Source of the DNA: a virus
Lineage: Duplodnaviria; Caudoviricetes
Strand: one strand, 5' to 3'
Length of the DNA stretch: 64,000 nt
IMG/VR virus record: IMGVR_UViG_3300046522_000316
Location: 224,001-288,000 of that record
In this document: positions 63,925 to 64,000 of the stretch, in pieces
Numbering within the stretch: the stretch's first letter is position 1
Layout of the letters: every line of letters starts with the position of its first letter
Notes under the pieces: generated by a model
The model's database searches: none
What the model saw: the letters and a program-made list of their open reading frames with translations, nothing else
Told to the model about the DNA's origin: nothing
Translations under genes and position numbers: made by a program

Positions 63925-63999
63925 TTAGTCCAGCGGGATCGCTACGATATAGTAAGCAGGCGCGTGTGCGTCTGGCCCCATATCCGGGTTGTATTTGCG
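63925..63999 (-). CDS. 3' end of an ORF entering from beyond the window
   Basis: ...RKYNPDMGPDAHAPAYYIVAIPLD-stop, followed by a hairpin. Confidence 0.5.
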   Translation of the reverse strand, partial: RKYNPDMGPDAHAPAYYIVAIPLD

Positions 64000-64000
64000 G

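Noticed and set aside
63860-63945. Possible hammerhead or twister ribozyme (CUGAUG, GAAA, UAAUCACUGC)
   Set aside because: The catalytic cores are incomplete (no CUGAUGA, no twister CCCAAG-type pseudoknot partners); it is better explained as an ORF end plus a hairpin.
1-64000. CRISPR array, tRNA/rRNA, integrase, transposase, intron/intein
   Set aside because: No regularly spaced direct repeats, cloverleafs or signature motifs were seen by eye; a tool scan could still find degenerate cases.

Overview
This looks like a 64-kb accessory (early/host-takeover type) region of a large lytic dsDNA bacteriophage, probably of a Gram-negative host. This is inferred from about 130 small, tightly packed ORFs, all on the minus strand, often with ATGA/TAATG stop-start overlaps, and with no capsid, terminase, polymerase or host housekeeping genes. 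Most ORFs are hypothetical. Recognisable products: a truncated HD phosphohydrolase (missed by the ORF track), a divergent NADAR, two Nudix hydrolases, an AP2-like protein, Fis-like, XRE and KorA/TrfB-like HTH proteins, two 2OG-Fe(II) oxygenases, tandem GNATs, a YcgL-like nucleotidyltransferase, a LemA-like/TPM-like pair and a GATase-like-fold protein. The most unusual observations are: (i) a 34-aa mini type IV prepilin (KG|FTLIELLIV) between the TPM-like and LemA-like genes; (ii) two fused acyl-carrier-protein-like domains that both lack the phosphopantetheine serine; (iii) a ~100-nt structured leader RNA that occludes a Shine-Dalgarno; (iv) a family of intergenic hairpins sharing a CAU/GUG core, two of them a duplicated module with compensatory stem changes. 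All family calls come from motif recognition by eye; no database searches or folding programs were run. No tRNA, rRNA, CRISPR array or integrase/transposase was seen.
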